Position numbers and translations under genes: made by a program. From Pyrinomonadaceae bacterium (GTDB lineage Bacteria > Acidobacteriota > Blastocatellia > Pyrinomonadales > Pyrinomonadaceae), in NCBI GenBank assembly GCA_965247805.1, contig OZ252034.1:3372192-3404191 (forward strand): a stretch of 32,000 bases of DNA. Direction: 5' to 3'. The stretch's first letter is position 1; every line of letters begins with the position of its first letter. Of the stretch, positions 8,557-16,710 are shown in pieces. The notes beneath the pieces are model-generated. The model made no database searches and had not been told where the DNA came from. It worked only from the letters and a program-made list of their open reading frames with translations.

Positions 8557-10686
8557 TTACTTCGTGATTCCGACTTGGCTCAAAGCGTAAGCGTATTCAA
8601 ATGCAACTTCTTTCAAACGGTCGTATCTGCCGCTTGAACCGCCGTGTCCCGCGCCCATATTTGTTTTGAGCAGGACGATGTTGTCGTCAGTTTTCATTTC
8701 CCGGACTTTCGCGGCGAATTTCGCGCCTTCCCAATACGGAACCTGCGAATCGTTCAGCGAAACTTCGACGAGCATATTCGGGTAATTCTGCGCTTTGACA
8801 TTATCGTAAGGCGAGTATTGAACCATATAATCCCACGCCGCTTTTTCATTCGGATTGCCCCATTCGATCCATTCTTCGGTCGTTAAAGGCAAACTCGCAT
8901 CGAGCATCGTGTTCATCACGTCAACGAACGGAACCTGCGCGATTGCCGCGTGAAAAGTTTCCGGCGACATATTAACGACTCCGCCCATTAGCAGTCCGCC
9001 CGCGCTGCCGCCTTGAATAACCATTCGGTCAGCCGACGTGTATTTATTCGCTTCGAGCCATTTTGCCGAATCAATAAAATCGTGAAAGGTGTTTAATTTC
9101 TTAAACATTCGACCTTCCTGCCGCCATTTTTCGCCGAGTTCCGAACCGCCGCGAATATGCGCGACGGCATATATCATTCCGCGATCCAAAAGACTAAGCC
9201 GCGCCGTTGAGAAACTCGGTGTCATCGAAATTCCGTAACTTCCGTAAGCGTAAAGTAGCATTGGCACAGAACCGTCGAGCTTCGTGCCTTTTTTCCAGAC
9301 AATCGAGATCGGAACTTTCACGCCGTCACGCGCAACCGCCCATAAACGCTTGGTTTCATACTGCGTTTTGTCGTAGCCTGACGGAATTTCCTGCTGTTTG
9401 ATGAGTTCGCTTTTGCGCGTTTTGAAATCGTATTCGTAGGTCGAATTCGGCGTAATCATCGAAGCGTAATTGTATCGAATAATCGGCGTGTCATATTCAG
9501 GATTTGTTGACACGCCCATTGTGTAAACGTCTTCGGGCGTAGCAATCCGCGCCGCCGCCCGCTTCGTTTTCAAATCCATTACCTTGAGATATTCCAAACC
9601 GTTTTCGCGTTCGGAAATGACTGCGTAATCCTTAAAGAAATTAACGTCGTCAATTTTGACCGCCGGATTATGCGCCACAAAATCCTTCCAATTATTTTCG
9701 CCCGGATCATTGAGCGGAGCGCGGACGATCTTAAAGTTTTCCGCGTCTTTGTTGGTGATGATGTAAAATTCACCGTTGTTGAAATCGGCGGAATATTCGT
9801 GACCTTCGCGGCGCGGCGAAACGATTTTCCATTCGCCAAGCGGATTGTCAGCCGGCAAATAACGATACTCGCGCGAAGTTTTGGCTTGCGAACCTAAAAG
9901 CAGCATCTTTTTGTCGCGCGAACGTCCGATACCGATATTGAAAAGCAAGTCCTTTTCTTCAAACAACAAATCGTTTTTGTCCGTGCCGACCGTGTGCCGC
10001 CAAAATTTATCGGAACGCTTTGACACGGCATCTTCCTGCACGACAAACAGATATTTGCCGTCGTTTGACCATTCGGTCGAAGTCGCACGCTCGATTTTAT
10101 CAGGCAAAATTTTGCCGGTTCGTAAATCTTTAATTTGCAGAGTGTATTGACGATAGCCGGTCGTGTCAGTCGAAAACGCAAGCAGATTGCCGTCGTCCGA
10201 AACGTCGAAATCGCCGATGGCAAAATATTTAAAGCCCGTCGCCATCGCATTTTGATCGAGGAGAACTTCCGCGTCTTTGCCGTCCTTGGTTTTGCTCCGC
10301 AGATAAGTCGGGTATTGTTTCCCTTCCTCGGTGCGCGTAAAATACCAGTAATTGCCGAGTTTATAAGGAACGCTCAAATCGGTTTGCTTGATGCGACCGA
10401 TCATTTCCTTGTAAAGATTGTCGGCGAACGGCTGATGCGGCTTCATAAAACTTTCGGTATAAGCATTTTCAGCGTTCAAATAATCCAGAATTTCAGGATT
10501 TTTCTTCTCGTTTCGATCACGCAGCCACGCGTAATTATCGGTAATTTCGTAGCCGTGAATCTTTAAAACTTTTGGGTCTTTTTTTGCAACTGGTGGTTTC
10601 ATATCGGTTTGGGCAACAATTACTGTATTGCCGATGCATATAATTATGCCGACAAAAACGGCAAACACAAAAAGCACACGTTTCAT
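8557..10686 (-). CDS. ptrB: Oligopeptidase B (S9A prolyl oligopeptidase family), secreted or periplasmic
   Basis: 709-aa ORF with a signal peptide. YAWLRD motif, catalytic GGSAGGLL, and a C-terminal GHGG.SGR motif. It is collinear with E. coli PtrB as recalled. Confidence 0.85.
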   Translation of the reverse strand: MKRVLFVFAVFVGIIICIGNTVIVAQTDMKPPVAKKDPKVLKIHGYEITDNYAWLRDRNEKKNPEILDYLNAENAYTESFMKPHQPFADNLYKEMIGRIKQTDLSVPYKLGNYWYFTRTEEGKQYPTYLRSKTKDGKDAEVLLDQNAMATGFKYFAIGDFDVSDDGNLLAFSTDTTGYRQYTLQIKDLRTGKILPDKIERATSTEWSNDGKYLFVVQEDAVSKRSDKFWRHTVGTDKNDLLFEEKDLLFNIGIGRSRDKKMLLLGSQAKTSREYRYLPADNPLGEWKIVSPRREGHEYSADFNNGEFYIITNKDAENFKIVRAPLNDPGENNWKDFVAHNPAVKIDDVNFFKDYAVISERENGLEYLKVMDLKTKRAAARIATPEDVYTMGVSTNPEYDTPIIRYNYASMITPNSTYEYDFKTRKSELIKQQEIPSGYDKTQYETKRLWAVARDGVKVPISIVWKKGTKLDGSVPMLLYAYGSYGISMTPSFSTARLSLLDRGMIYAVAHIRGGSELGEKWRQEGRMFKKLNTFHDFIDSAKWLEANKYTSADRMVIQGGSAGGLLMGGVVNMSPETFHAAIAQVPFVDVMNTMLDASLPLTTEEWIEWGNPNEKAAWDYMVQYSPYDNVKAQNYPNMLVEVSLNDSQVPYWEGAKFAAKVREMKTDDNIVLLKTNMGAGHGGSSGRYDRLKEVAFEYAYALSQVGITK

Positions 10687-10820
10687 CTTCTTTTGGAACT
10701 CCTTGAATTTTTAGTTTGGAAACTTTGATTTCTACGAGTTATTTTAGACTTTTGTTTCTGAATGCACAAAAGTAAAGCCAAATTACAATATTTTAACTGA
10801 AGTCCAAATTGCCGATTAAT

Positions 10821-10859
10821 CTATCAGTTATCAGCTATTACCAATCAGCCATTCCGAAT
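10821..10859. repeat. ATCAG-rich motif ending ATTCCGAAT, copy 1
   Basis: CTATCAGTTATCAGCTATTACCAATCAGCCATTCCGAAT. Its first 10 nt recur inverted at 10881-10891. A related copy lies at 12256-12303. Confidence 0.6.
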
Positions 10860-11022
10860 CGTTTATAATTTTACTCTGGATTAACTGATAGAATTAGAAC
10901 GAAAACGCACCGCTTACAACTTTTCGCCTTTTTTTTCGTAATTTATAAAAAAGTTTGTTAACACTTTTTCCAAACGCCGCGTCTTTAATACCGGCAAGCA
11001 ATTAAAAAGCCGATTTATACTT

Positions 11023-11089
11023 TTGATGAACGGCGAATCCGTTTGATATTCGTTCATTTTCATTCATACTTTTAATCGCCGTTCATCAA
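11023..11089 (+). promoter_or_regulatory. 14-bp perfect inverted repeat immediately upstream of the ECF sigma gene start
   Basis: TTGATGAACGGCGA (11023-11036) pairs with TCGCCGTTCATCAA (11076-11089). It ends 4 nt before the TTG at 11094. Function unknown. Confidence 0.3.
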
Positions 11090-11093
11090 TTTT

Positions 11094-11663
11094 TTGAAAC
11101 TAATGCCCGACAGCGAAATGACTGCCAATATGTTTCTTTTCACGACTGCCACCGCCACGCAAAAAGTGTCCGTGCAGGCGCAGATTGTCGAGCGCATTTT
11201 GGCGGGCGACGAAGAAGCGTTCGGCGAGCTTTATAAAATGTATGCCGCGATGGTTCACGGAATTGTTTTAGCGCGTGTGCCGCGTGATGAAGTCGCCGAC
11301 ATCGTGCAGGAAGTTTTTTTGTCGGCGTATAAAAATTTGAAAACTTTGCGCGATAAAACTGCCGTCGGCGCGTGGCTGGCGATGATCGCAAGAAATCGCG
11401 CCGCCGAATTTTACCGAAACGCACGTCCGACCGAAGAACTTTCGGAAGATTTGCGCCAAAAGGATAATCGCAACACGGAAGCGCGGGAAATTTTAAGGGC
11501 AATCCGCAGTTTGCCCGAAACTTACCGCGAAACGCTGGTTTTACGGCTCGTCGAAGGAATGACCGGGCAAGAAATCGCCGAACAAACCGGATTAACGCCC
11601 GAATCGGTCAGAGTAAATCTGCATCGCGGAATGAAATTGTTAAAGGAAAAACTCGGAATCTAA
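11094..11663 (+). CDS. ECF-type RNA polymerase sigma-70 factor
   Basis: 189-aa ORF. Region 2 (DIVQEVFLSAYKNL) and region 4 HTH (LVEGMTGQEIAEQTGLTPESVRVNLHRG) are present. The start is uncertain: TTG at 11094 or ATG at 11103, 11118 or 11130. Confidence 0.85.
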   Translation: MKLMPDSEMTANMFLFTTATATQKVSVQAQIVERILAGDEEAFGELYKMYAAMVHGIVLARVPRDEVADIVQEVFLSAYKNLKTLRDKTAVGAWLAMIARNRAAEFYRNARPTEELSEDLRQKDNRNTEAREILRAIRSLPETYRETLVLRLVEGMTGQEIAEQTGLTPESVRVNLHRGMKLLKEKLGI

Positions 11664-11668
11664 AGTTT

Positions 11669-12256
11669 ATGAAAGAAGATTATTTGTGGGACAAAACAGG
11701 CGAAGACGCGGAAATCGAAAAGCTGGAAAATGCTTTAATGGCATTTCGTTACACCGAAACCGCGCCGCCCGAACTTCCCGCCAAAGTTTTTGTGATCGAA
11801 CGCGAAAAACCGCGCCGATTTTTCCAATTTGGCTTTGCATTCGCGGCGTTCGCGTCAGTCGTCGTGATTTTATTCGCGGTTTGGTTTCAAGTTTCAAGCA
11901 GTAAAATCGCCGTTGTTGAAAATGTTTCGGAACTTAATGAACCGAAAGACGCTGAGAAAATTGACGTTATAAATCCCGAAATTGTGCCTGTTAAAGCAAT
12001 TGATAGTGAGAAGCGTTTCAGCAAACCGAATGTTGTAAAAATTCGCCAAACGGTCGCGCCGATCAATCGCGTAAACAAATTTGTCGCTCGAAATAACAAA
12101 GTAAAACCACCGACCGAAACACTGACTGCCGAAGAAAAATACGCTTATGACCAATTGATGCTCGCGCTTTCGGTGACGAGTTCGAGTTTACAAATCGTTA
12201 AAGACAAAGTTGAAGGAATTGAAGAAAAGAACGCCGTTTTAGACACGGCAAAATAG
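11669..12256 (+). CDS. Putative anti-sigma factor (single-pass membrane protein)
   Basis: 195-aa ORF starting 5 nt after the sigma gene, with one TM helix (FFQFGFAFAAFASVVVILFAVWF). The call rests on position only; no zinc-binding anti-sigma motif was seen. Confidence 0.5.
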   Translation: MKEDYLWDKTGEDAEIEKLENALMAFRYTETAPPELPAKVFVIEREKPRRFFQFGFAFAAFASVVVILFAVWFQVSSSKIAVVENVSELNEPKDAEKIDVINPEIVPVKAIDSEKRFSKPNVVKIRQTVAPINRVNKFVARNNKVKPPTETLTAEEKYAYDQLMLALSVTSSSLQIVKDKVEGIEEKNAVLDTAK

Positions 12257-12303
12257 CTGTCAGTTATCAGTTTTCAGCTATCAGTTATCAGTTATTCCGA
12301 ATT
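12256..12303. repeat. ATCAG-rich motif ending ATTCCGAAT, copy 2
   Basis: GCTGTCAGTTATCAGTTTTCAGCTATCAGTTATCAGTTATTCCGAAT, between the anti-sigma stop and the DUF4252 gene. Confidence 0.6.
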
Positions 12304-12330
12304 TAACCAAAATTTTTAGGAGAAATTATT

Positions 12331-12897
12331 ATGAAATCATTGAGCAATTATTTGTTAAAATTTACATTTTTCACGCTTTTTGCGCTGTCGGCAATCGCGG
12401 CAAACGCGCAGGACGCACGGCTTCGTTTTGAAAAATTAAACGGCTTGGAAACAAAGGCGCGTGATGTCGTCGAAGTCAATATCGAAGGCAAACTGCTCGA
12501 TCTGGCGCGGCGCGTAATGATGAAATCAAAGGACGCGGACGCACAAAAAGTCAGTGAAGCGATTAAAGATTTAAAGGGAATTTACGTTCGCGTTTATAAT
12601 TTCGAGAACGAAAATGAATATAACATCACCGACGTTGACGAGATTCGACTTCAGCTTCAAAATCCGGGTTGGGAACGCCTCGCCAATGTCCGCAGTAAGA
12701 AAAACAACCAGAAAGTTGATGTTTACACGATGTTTCAGGGAGACGTGATGAGCGGTTTGGCAGTCGTCGTTTCGGAATCGAAAAGTATCGCACTCGTCAA
12801 CGTCATCGGTCCGATTGACATTGATCTGCTGATGGAACTGAGCGGCAAAATGAATATTCCGAAAATTGACATCGAAAACGAACCGAAAAACAAATAG
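12331..12897 (+). CDS. DUF4252-like secreted protein
   Basis: 188-aa ORF with a signal peptide and an AGGAG RBS. Its length and its position after an ECF/anti-sigma pair fit DUF4252 operons as recalled. Confidence 0.6.
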   Translation: MKSLSNYLLKFTFFTLFALSAIAANAQDARLRFEKLNGLETKARDVVEVNIEGKLLDLARRVMMKSKDADAQKVSEAIKDLKGIYVRVYNFENENEYNITDVDEIRLQLQNPGWERLANVRSKKNNQKVDVYTMFQGDVMSGLAVVVSESKSIALVNVIGPIDIDLLMELSGKMNIPKIDIENEPKNK

Positions 12898-12909
12898 GAG
12901 GCGAAGGCA

Positions 12910-13461
12910 ATGAAAATAAAAAAACAGATTTTAGTCGCGGCGATTTTTCTCTTTCTGGCTTTCGCTCTGAACGCGCCGACGGCAAGCGCAAAAGGCGGTG
13001 AATACGCCAAAATCGTCAAACATCTAAAGACCAAATACCACGCCAAAAAAGTTAAAATTCCGTTTATGTTTCTGGCACGATTGGCGGTCAACATCGTCCG
13101 CCCGGCAGGTGTCAAAAGTTTCAGCGTGACGCTTTTTGAAGACCTTAAATTTTCCAAAGAAACGCTCGACGCGGAAATGCAGACGGCGATGCGCGATTCG
13201 TTCGGCGCGGAATGGAGTCCGATCTTGCGCGTCCGTTCGCGCACCGGCGAACAGGTTTATATGTATATGCGCGAGGCAGGTAGCAACGTCAAAATCTCGC
13301 TCGTCACGATAGACAAACAACAAGCCGCCGTCATTCGCGCAACAATCAATCCCGACAAACTTGCCGAATTTATGGACAACCCGCAAATTTTCGGCATTTC
13401 GCTCGACGACGGCAATAAAACCGAAACGCCGAAACCAATCGAAACGCCCAAGGAAAACTAA
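12910..13461 (+). CDS. Second DUF4252-like secreted protein
   Basis: 183-aa ORF with a signal peptide and a GGAGG RBS. Its size and context resemble the preceding gene. Confidence 0.5.
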   Translation: MKIKKQILVAAIFLFLAFALNAPTASAKGGEYAKIVKHLKTKYHAKKVKIPFMFLARLAVNIVRPAGVKSFSVTLFEDLKFSKETLDAEMQTAMRDSFGAEWSPILRVRSRTGEQVYMYMREAGSNVKISLVTIDKQQAAVIRATINPDKLAEFMDNPQIFGISLDDGNKTETPKPIETPKEN

Positions 13462-13466
13462 TAAAC

Positions 13467-13520
13467 GGAACGCGAACTTTAGTTCGCCAATCAGCGGCGG
13501 CGAACTAAAGTTCGCGTTCC
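13467..13520 (+). terminator. 22-bp perfect hairpin closing the ECF operon
   Basis: GGAACGCGAACTTTAGTTCGCC (13467-13488) is the exact reverse complement of 13499-13520, with a 10-nt loop. No clear T-run follows, so it may be a palindromic repeat rather than a classic terminator. Confidence 0.5.
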
Positions 13521-13732
13521 ATTTAACCAAACTCAAACTTGCCTTGACTTTTCCCCGCCGCAAAATTCATAATTCAAATACAGTCTTTCGGCTTCCCCTA
13601 ACATAATTTTACATATTGATTTACCAAAACGCGGTGTTTCCAAATATTCTATCGCCGCGCTCGAATAGTCCTTTATTTCGCAATCATACTGATTGAAATT
13701 TGCTCGAAAATAAATTTGGAGGACAACTGTAA

Positions 13733-14782
13733 GTGTTAAAAAATAAACTGTTTTTAGTGATCGCGCTGGTTTTGATTTCCGGCGTTTTGTCGGTTAGTGC
13801 GAAGACTTCCGACGCGGTAAGAGTAACTTTGAATTTTGAAAAAACGATGTTCGCGTATGACGAAAGCGTTCCGGTCAATGTTTCGTTCACGAACGAAGGC
13901 AAATCGAGCGTCAGAATCCTGCGATGGCTGACACCATTTGACGGCGTGAAAGACAATCTGTTCGTTGTCACGGTCAACGGCAAACCTGTTCAATACATCG
14001 GCGCGGATTATAAACGTCCGGCACCGACCGAGAAGGATTATGTTACAATCAACACGGGTGAAACATTCAATTCAACGGTTGATCTGGCGGGTTATTACGA
14101 CTTGTCGGAAACGGGTTATTACCAGGTAAATTACGGCATCGAATCGGCAAACGCTTTTTCGGCGCAGACGAGTTTGCTCAAACAAGCCGATTCGTTAAAA
14201 TCGGACACCGCGCAGACCTACATCGAAGGACGCGAACCCGCGCAGTTTCAAAATATCGCCGACGCGGTTTCAGGTTCGACAAGTTATACAGGTTGTTCGA
14301 GTTCGCGTCAATCTTCGCTGTTGACGGCGCGAAGCAACGCTTCGACCTACGCCGCCAATTCGTTTAATTACCTGAACGCCGGAACAGTCGGGGCGCGTTA
14401 CACGACTTGGTTCGGGACTTACAGTGCGACACGTTACTCAACGGTTCGCAGTCATTATTCAAACATTCGCAGCGCAATGGACACGGCAAGCGTTACATTC
14501 AACTGCACCTGCACCGACAGCGCGTATGCCTACGTTTATCCGACTCAGCCATATACGATTTACCTGTGCAACGCATTCTGGAGCGCACCTTCGACCGGAA
14601 CTGATTCCAAAGCCGGAACGCTCGTTCACGAAATGAGTCACTTCAATATAGTCGCGTCAACCGACGATTGGGCTTACGGTCAAACCGCCGCCAAAAATCT
14701 GGCAAGAACCAACACGACGAGAGCCGTTGACAACGCTGACAGCCACGAATATTTCGCGGAAAACACTCCGGCACAACCTTAA
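13733..14782 (+). CDS. Secreted M35-like aspzincin metalloprotease (peptidyl-Lys metalloendopeptidase family)
   Basis: 349-aa ORF with a GTG start after GGAGGA and a signal peptide. HEMSH (HExxH) is followed by DDWAYG (GTxDxxYG-type third-ligand Asp motif), and the C-terminal domain is Cys-rich. Confidence 0.8.
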   Translation: MLKNKLFLVIALVLISGVLSVSAKTSDAVRVTLNFEKTMFAYDESVPVNVSFTNEGKSSVRILRWLTPFDGVKDNLFVVTVNGKPVQYIGADYKRPAPTEKDYVTINTGETFNSTVDLAGYYDLSETGYYQVNYGIESANAFSAQTSLLKQADSLKSDTAQTYIEGREPAQFQNIADAVSGSTSYTGCSSSRQSSLLTARSNASTYAANSFNYLNAGTVGARYTTWFGTYSATRYSTVRSHYSNIRSAMDTASVTFNCTCTDSAYAYVYPTQPYTIYLCNAFWSAPSTGTDSKAGTLVHEMSHFNIVASTDDWAYGQTAAKNLARTNTTRAVDNADSHEYFAENTPAQP

Positions 14783-14804
14783 ATTTTTATAATTTTTTAC
14801 AAAT

Positions 14805-14838
14805 AAAAAGGCAGAAGATTAATTTCTCCTGCCTTTTT
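14805..14838. terminator. Bidirectional terminator between convergent genes
   Basis: AAAAA-GGCAGAAG-loop-CTCCTGCC-TTTTT: an 8-bp stem with one mismatch, flanked by an A-run and a T-run. Confidence 0.55.
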
Positions 14839-15466
14839 ATTCATCAATTTTTTCTGAAATAATTTGAAATAATCTCTCGCAATGCGGCGCGGCTTCACGA
14901 ACTTTTTGCGGATTGATAATTTCTAAAAGTTTCGCTCCGTGTTTAGTTTTATGATATTCACCTTTCTGAGTGTTTTTTGTAGCATTTGCTAAATGATTTT
15001 CAACATCTGATTTTTTGATCTTTTCGACATTAGCATTTTTTGTAAGCGCATTACGGTTAAAATTCTGCCCGTAAAACTCAGCTAATTTGTCTTTGTCGGC
15101 AAAAAACCACGACTCCATCAAATGCACCATTAAATGACATTGATTTTCTTCTGCTTCTTGCAGATGCCATAGCGGATTTTGCTTTTGCAGAAAAGATTTC
15201 GGCGTTTCGTCTTCATCAATCGGCGCGTCGGAATCAAGCAGAAACAAAACGAAAGTGTTTTGATATTCCCTTTTGCCGTCAAGAAACTTCTTAAAAGTTT
15301 CAAATTTCGAGCCATAAGTTATCGGGCGAAGCGTCATATTTTTGCTTTTGGCTTTATCAACCAACTCACGAAAAAAACTATTGAAACCTTGCCGAAGCGT
15401 GATGTCAGTGTTTTTGCCTTTGTGTTTGGTGTCGCCTTCGATGTAGATTCTGATTTCTTTCACCAT
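14837..15466 (-). CDS. DUF4276/RloB-like small protein with TOPRIM-like E...DxD motifs (putative nuclease partner)
   Basis: ORF of 209 aa from the ATG at 15466 (MVKEIRIYIEGD..); the tracked ORF extends to 15496. YIEGD, and later FLLDSDAP, resemble the TOPRIM Glu and DxD. ATGGTGA overlaps the upstream ATPase stop. The family name is from memory. Confidence 0.7.
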   Translation of the reverse strand: MVKEIRIYIEGDTKHKGKNTDITLRQGFNSFFRELVDKAKSKNMTLRPITYGSKFETFKKFLDGKREYQNTFVLFLLDSDAPIDEDETPKSFLQKQNPLWHLQEAEENQCHLMVHLMESWFFADKDKLAEFYGQNFNRNALTKNANVEKIKKSDVENHLANATKNTQKGEYHKTKHGAKLLEIINPQKVREAAPHCERLFQIISEKIDE

Positions 15467-16668
15467 CGCGTCCCGCCGATTTCTCCTTTCAGCCACAAAT
15501 CACCGAGTGAATATTCATCAAGCCACGCTTTCAATCTATCTTTTTCCAGACGCTTGAAGTGCGTTCCGTCCTCGTCTTTTTCGCAAACCAAAACGGCTTC
15601 GGGAATTTCGGAAAAAGCGGAAACGAGAATGTCCGAATGTGTCGTGACAATAAGCTGCGTTCGCTGCGAAGCCTCGATCATCAATTCGGCAATCGTCGGC
15701 AGAATATCAGGATGCAAACCCGTTTCCGGTTCTTCGATACAAATCAACGGTGGCGGCGCGGGATGACAAAGAATCGCCAGCAAACACAGATAACGCAAAG
15801 TCCCGTCCGAAAGACGTTTTGCAGAAATCGCCGTCTTGAGATTTTTTTCAACAAGATAAAATTGTAAATAATCACCTACATTTCTAACTTCATAATCATT
15901 TACATTTGGATAAAATCTTCTTAAATTTTCTATGATTTTGCTCTTTATTTCACCTTTTTTCTTTAGGTTATTCAAAATATGTGAAAGATTATTTCCATCT
16001 TCTTCCAGAAATTCATCCAAAATGTCGGGAGATTTAGGAGTTCTCAAATCAGAAGAACGGTTTGTATTTAAGTCTGAATAAATTTTAAAATCAGCTAAAA
16101 TTGTTCCCAAAATAGAAACTTCATAGAAATTAGCAAAATCCCTAACTTGCGAGAAAACTGACTCTCCTAAAGGTAATTTTCCAGATAAAATGTTTCGATA
16201 ATCTTTTTGTGGAGACACCTCATACAAACCATTAAGTGAGCTAAAATAATCTATTACATTTTCTGAGTTTTCAAATCTTTTATGTTCCTCTTGAAGGGAT
16301 TCTCTGATTACCGATACTTTGAAGTTGATTTCAGCAAATTCAAGTTTATAACGAAGTGATGGAGGGGTTTGTGAATATTCACTTCTAACAATTCCATTAA
16401 TTATTAATTCAATTGCTGTAAAATCCTCGCTTTCCTTTCCTTTCCAAATCCATTCGCTAATTCCGCCGTTTTTACTAATAAAAGTTGCCAAGCCTTTATC
16501 TTGTGGAAGCGAACGCAAAAGTTTTATGACATCAATTAAATTCGATTTGCCCGAAGCGTTTTGACCGATGATTATATTAAGAGGCTCAAGCTCGATTTCT
16601 TCGCCTTTGTCGCCGAAGGAAAGAATGTTTCGCAATTTGATTTTTTCGATTAAGCGTTTGCCTTCCAT
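15460..16668 (-). CDS. ABC/AAA_21-type ATPase (OLD/AriA/AbiLi-like)
   Basis: 402-aa ORF. Walker A GQNASGKSN, ABC signature LSDGT, Walker B LICIEEPETGLHP, H-loop TTHSD. A long insert of about 215 aa separates Walker A from the signature motif. Confidence 0.85.
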   Translation of the reverse strand: MEGKRLIEKIKLRNILSFGDKGEEIELEPLNIIIGQNASGKSNLIDVIKLLRSLPQDKGLATFISKNGGISEWIWKGKESEDFTAIELIINGIVRSEYSQTPPSLRYKLEFAEINFKVSVIRESLQEEHKRFENSENVIDYFSSLNGLYEVSPQKDYRNILSGKLPLGESVFSQVRDFANFYEVSILGTILADFKIYSDLNTNRSSDLRTPKSPDILDEFLEEDGNNLSHILNNLKKKGEIKSKIIENLRRFYPNVNDYEVRNVGDYLQFYLVEKNLKTAISAKRLSDGTLRYLCLLAILCHPAPPPLICIEEPETGLHPDILPTIAELMIEASQRTQLIVTTHSDILVSAFSEIPEAVLVCEKDEDGTHFKRLEKDRLKAWLDEYSLGDLWLKGEIGGTRW

Positions 16669-16710
16669 ATCGTTTCAGATTATAACTCAACTTTTGAAAT
16701 TTGCGATTTT

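Noticed and set aside
10821-10859. The ATCAG/ATTCCGAAT motif could be the ECF sigma-dependent promoter.
   Set aside because: No conserved -10-like element lies at a fixed distance in the two copies, and the second copy is only 28 nt from the downstream ATG. It is kept as an unexplained shared motif.
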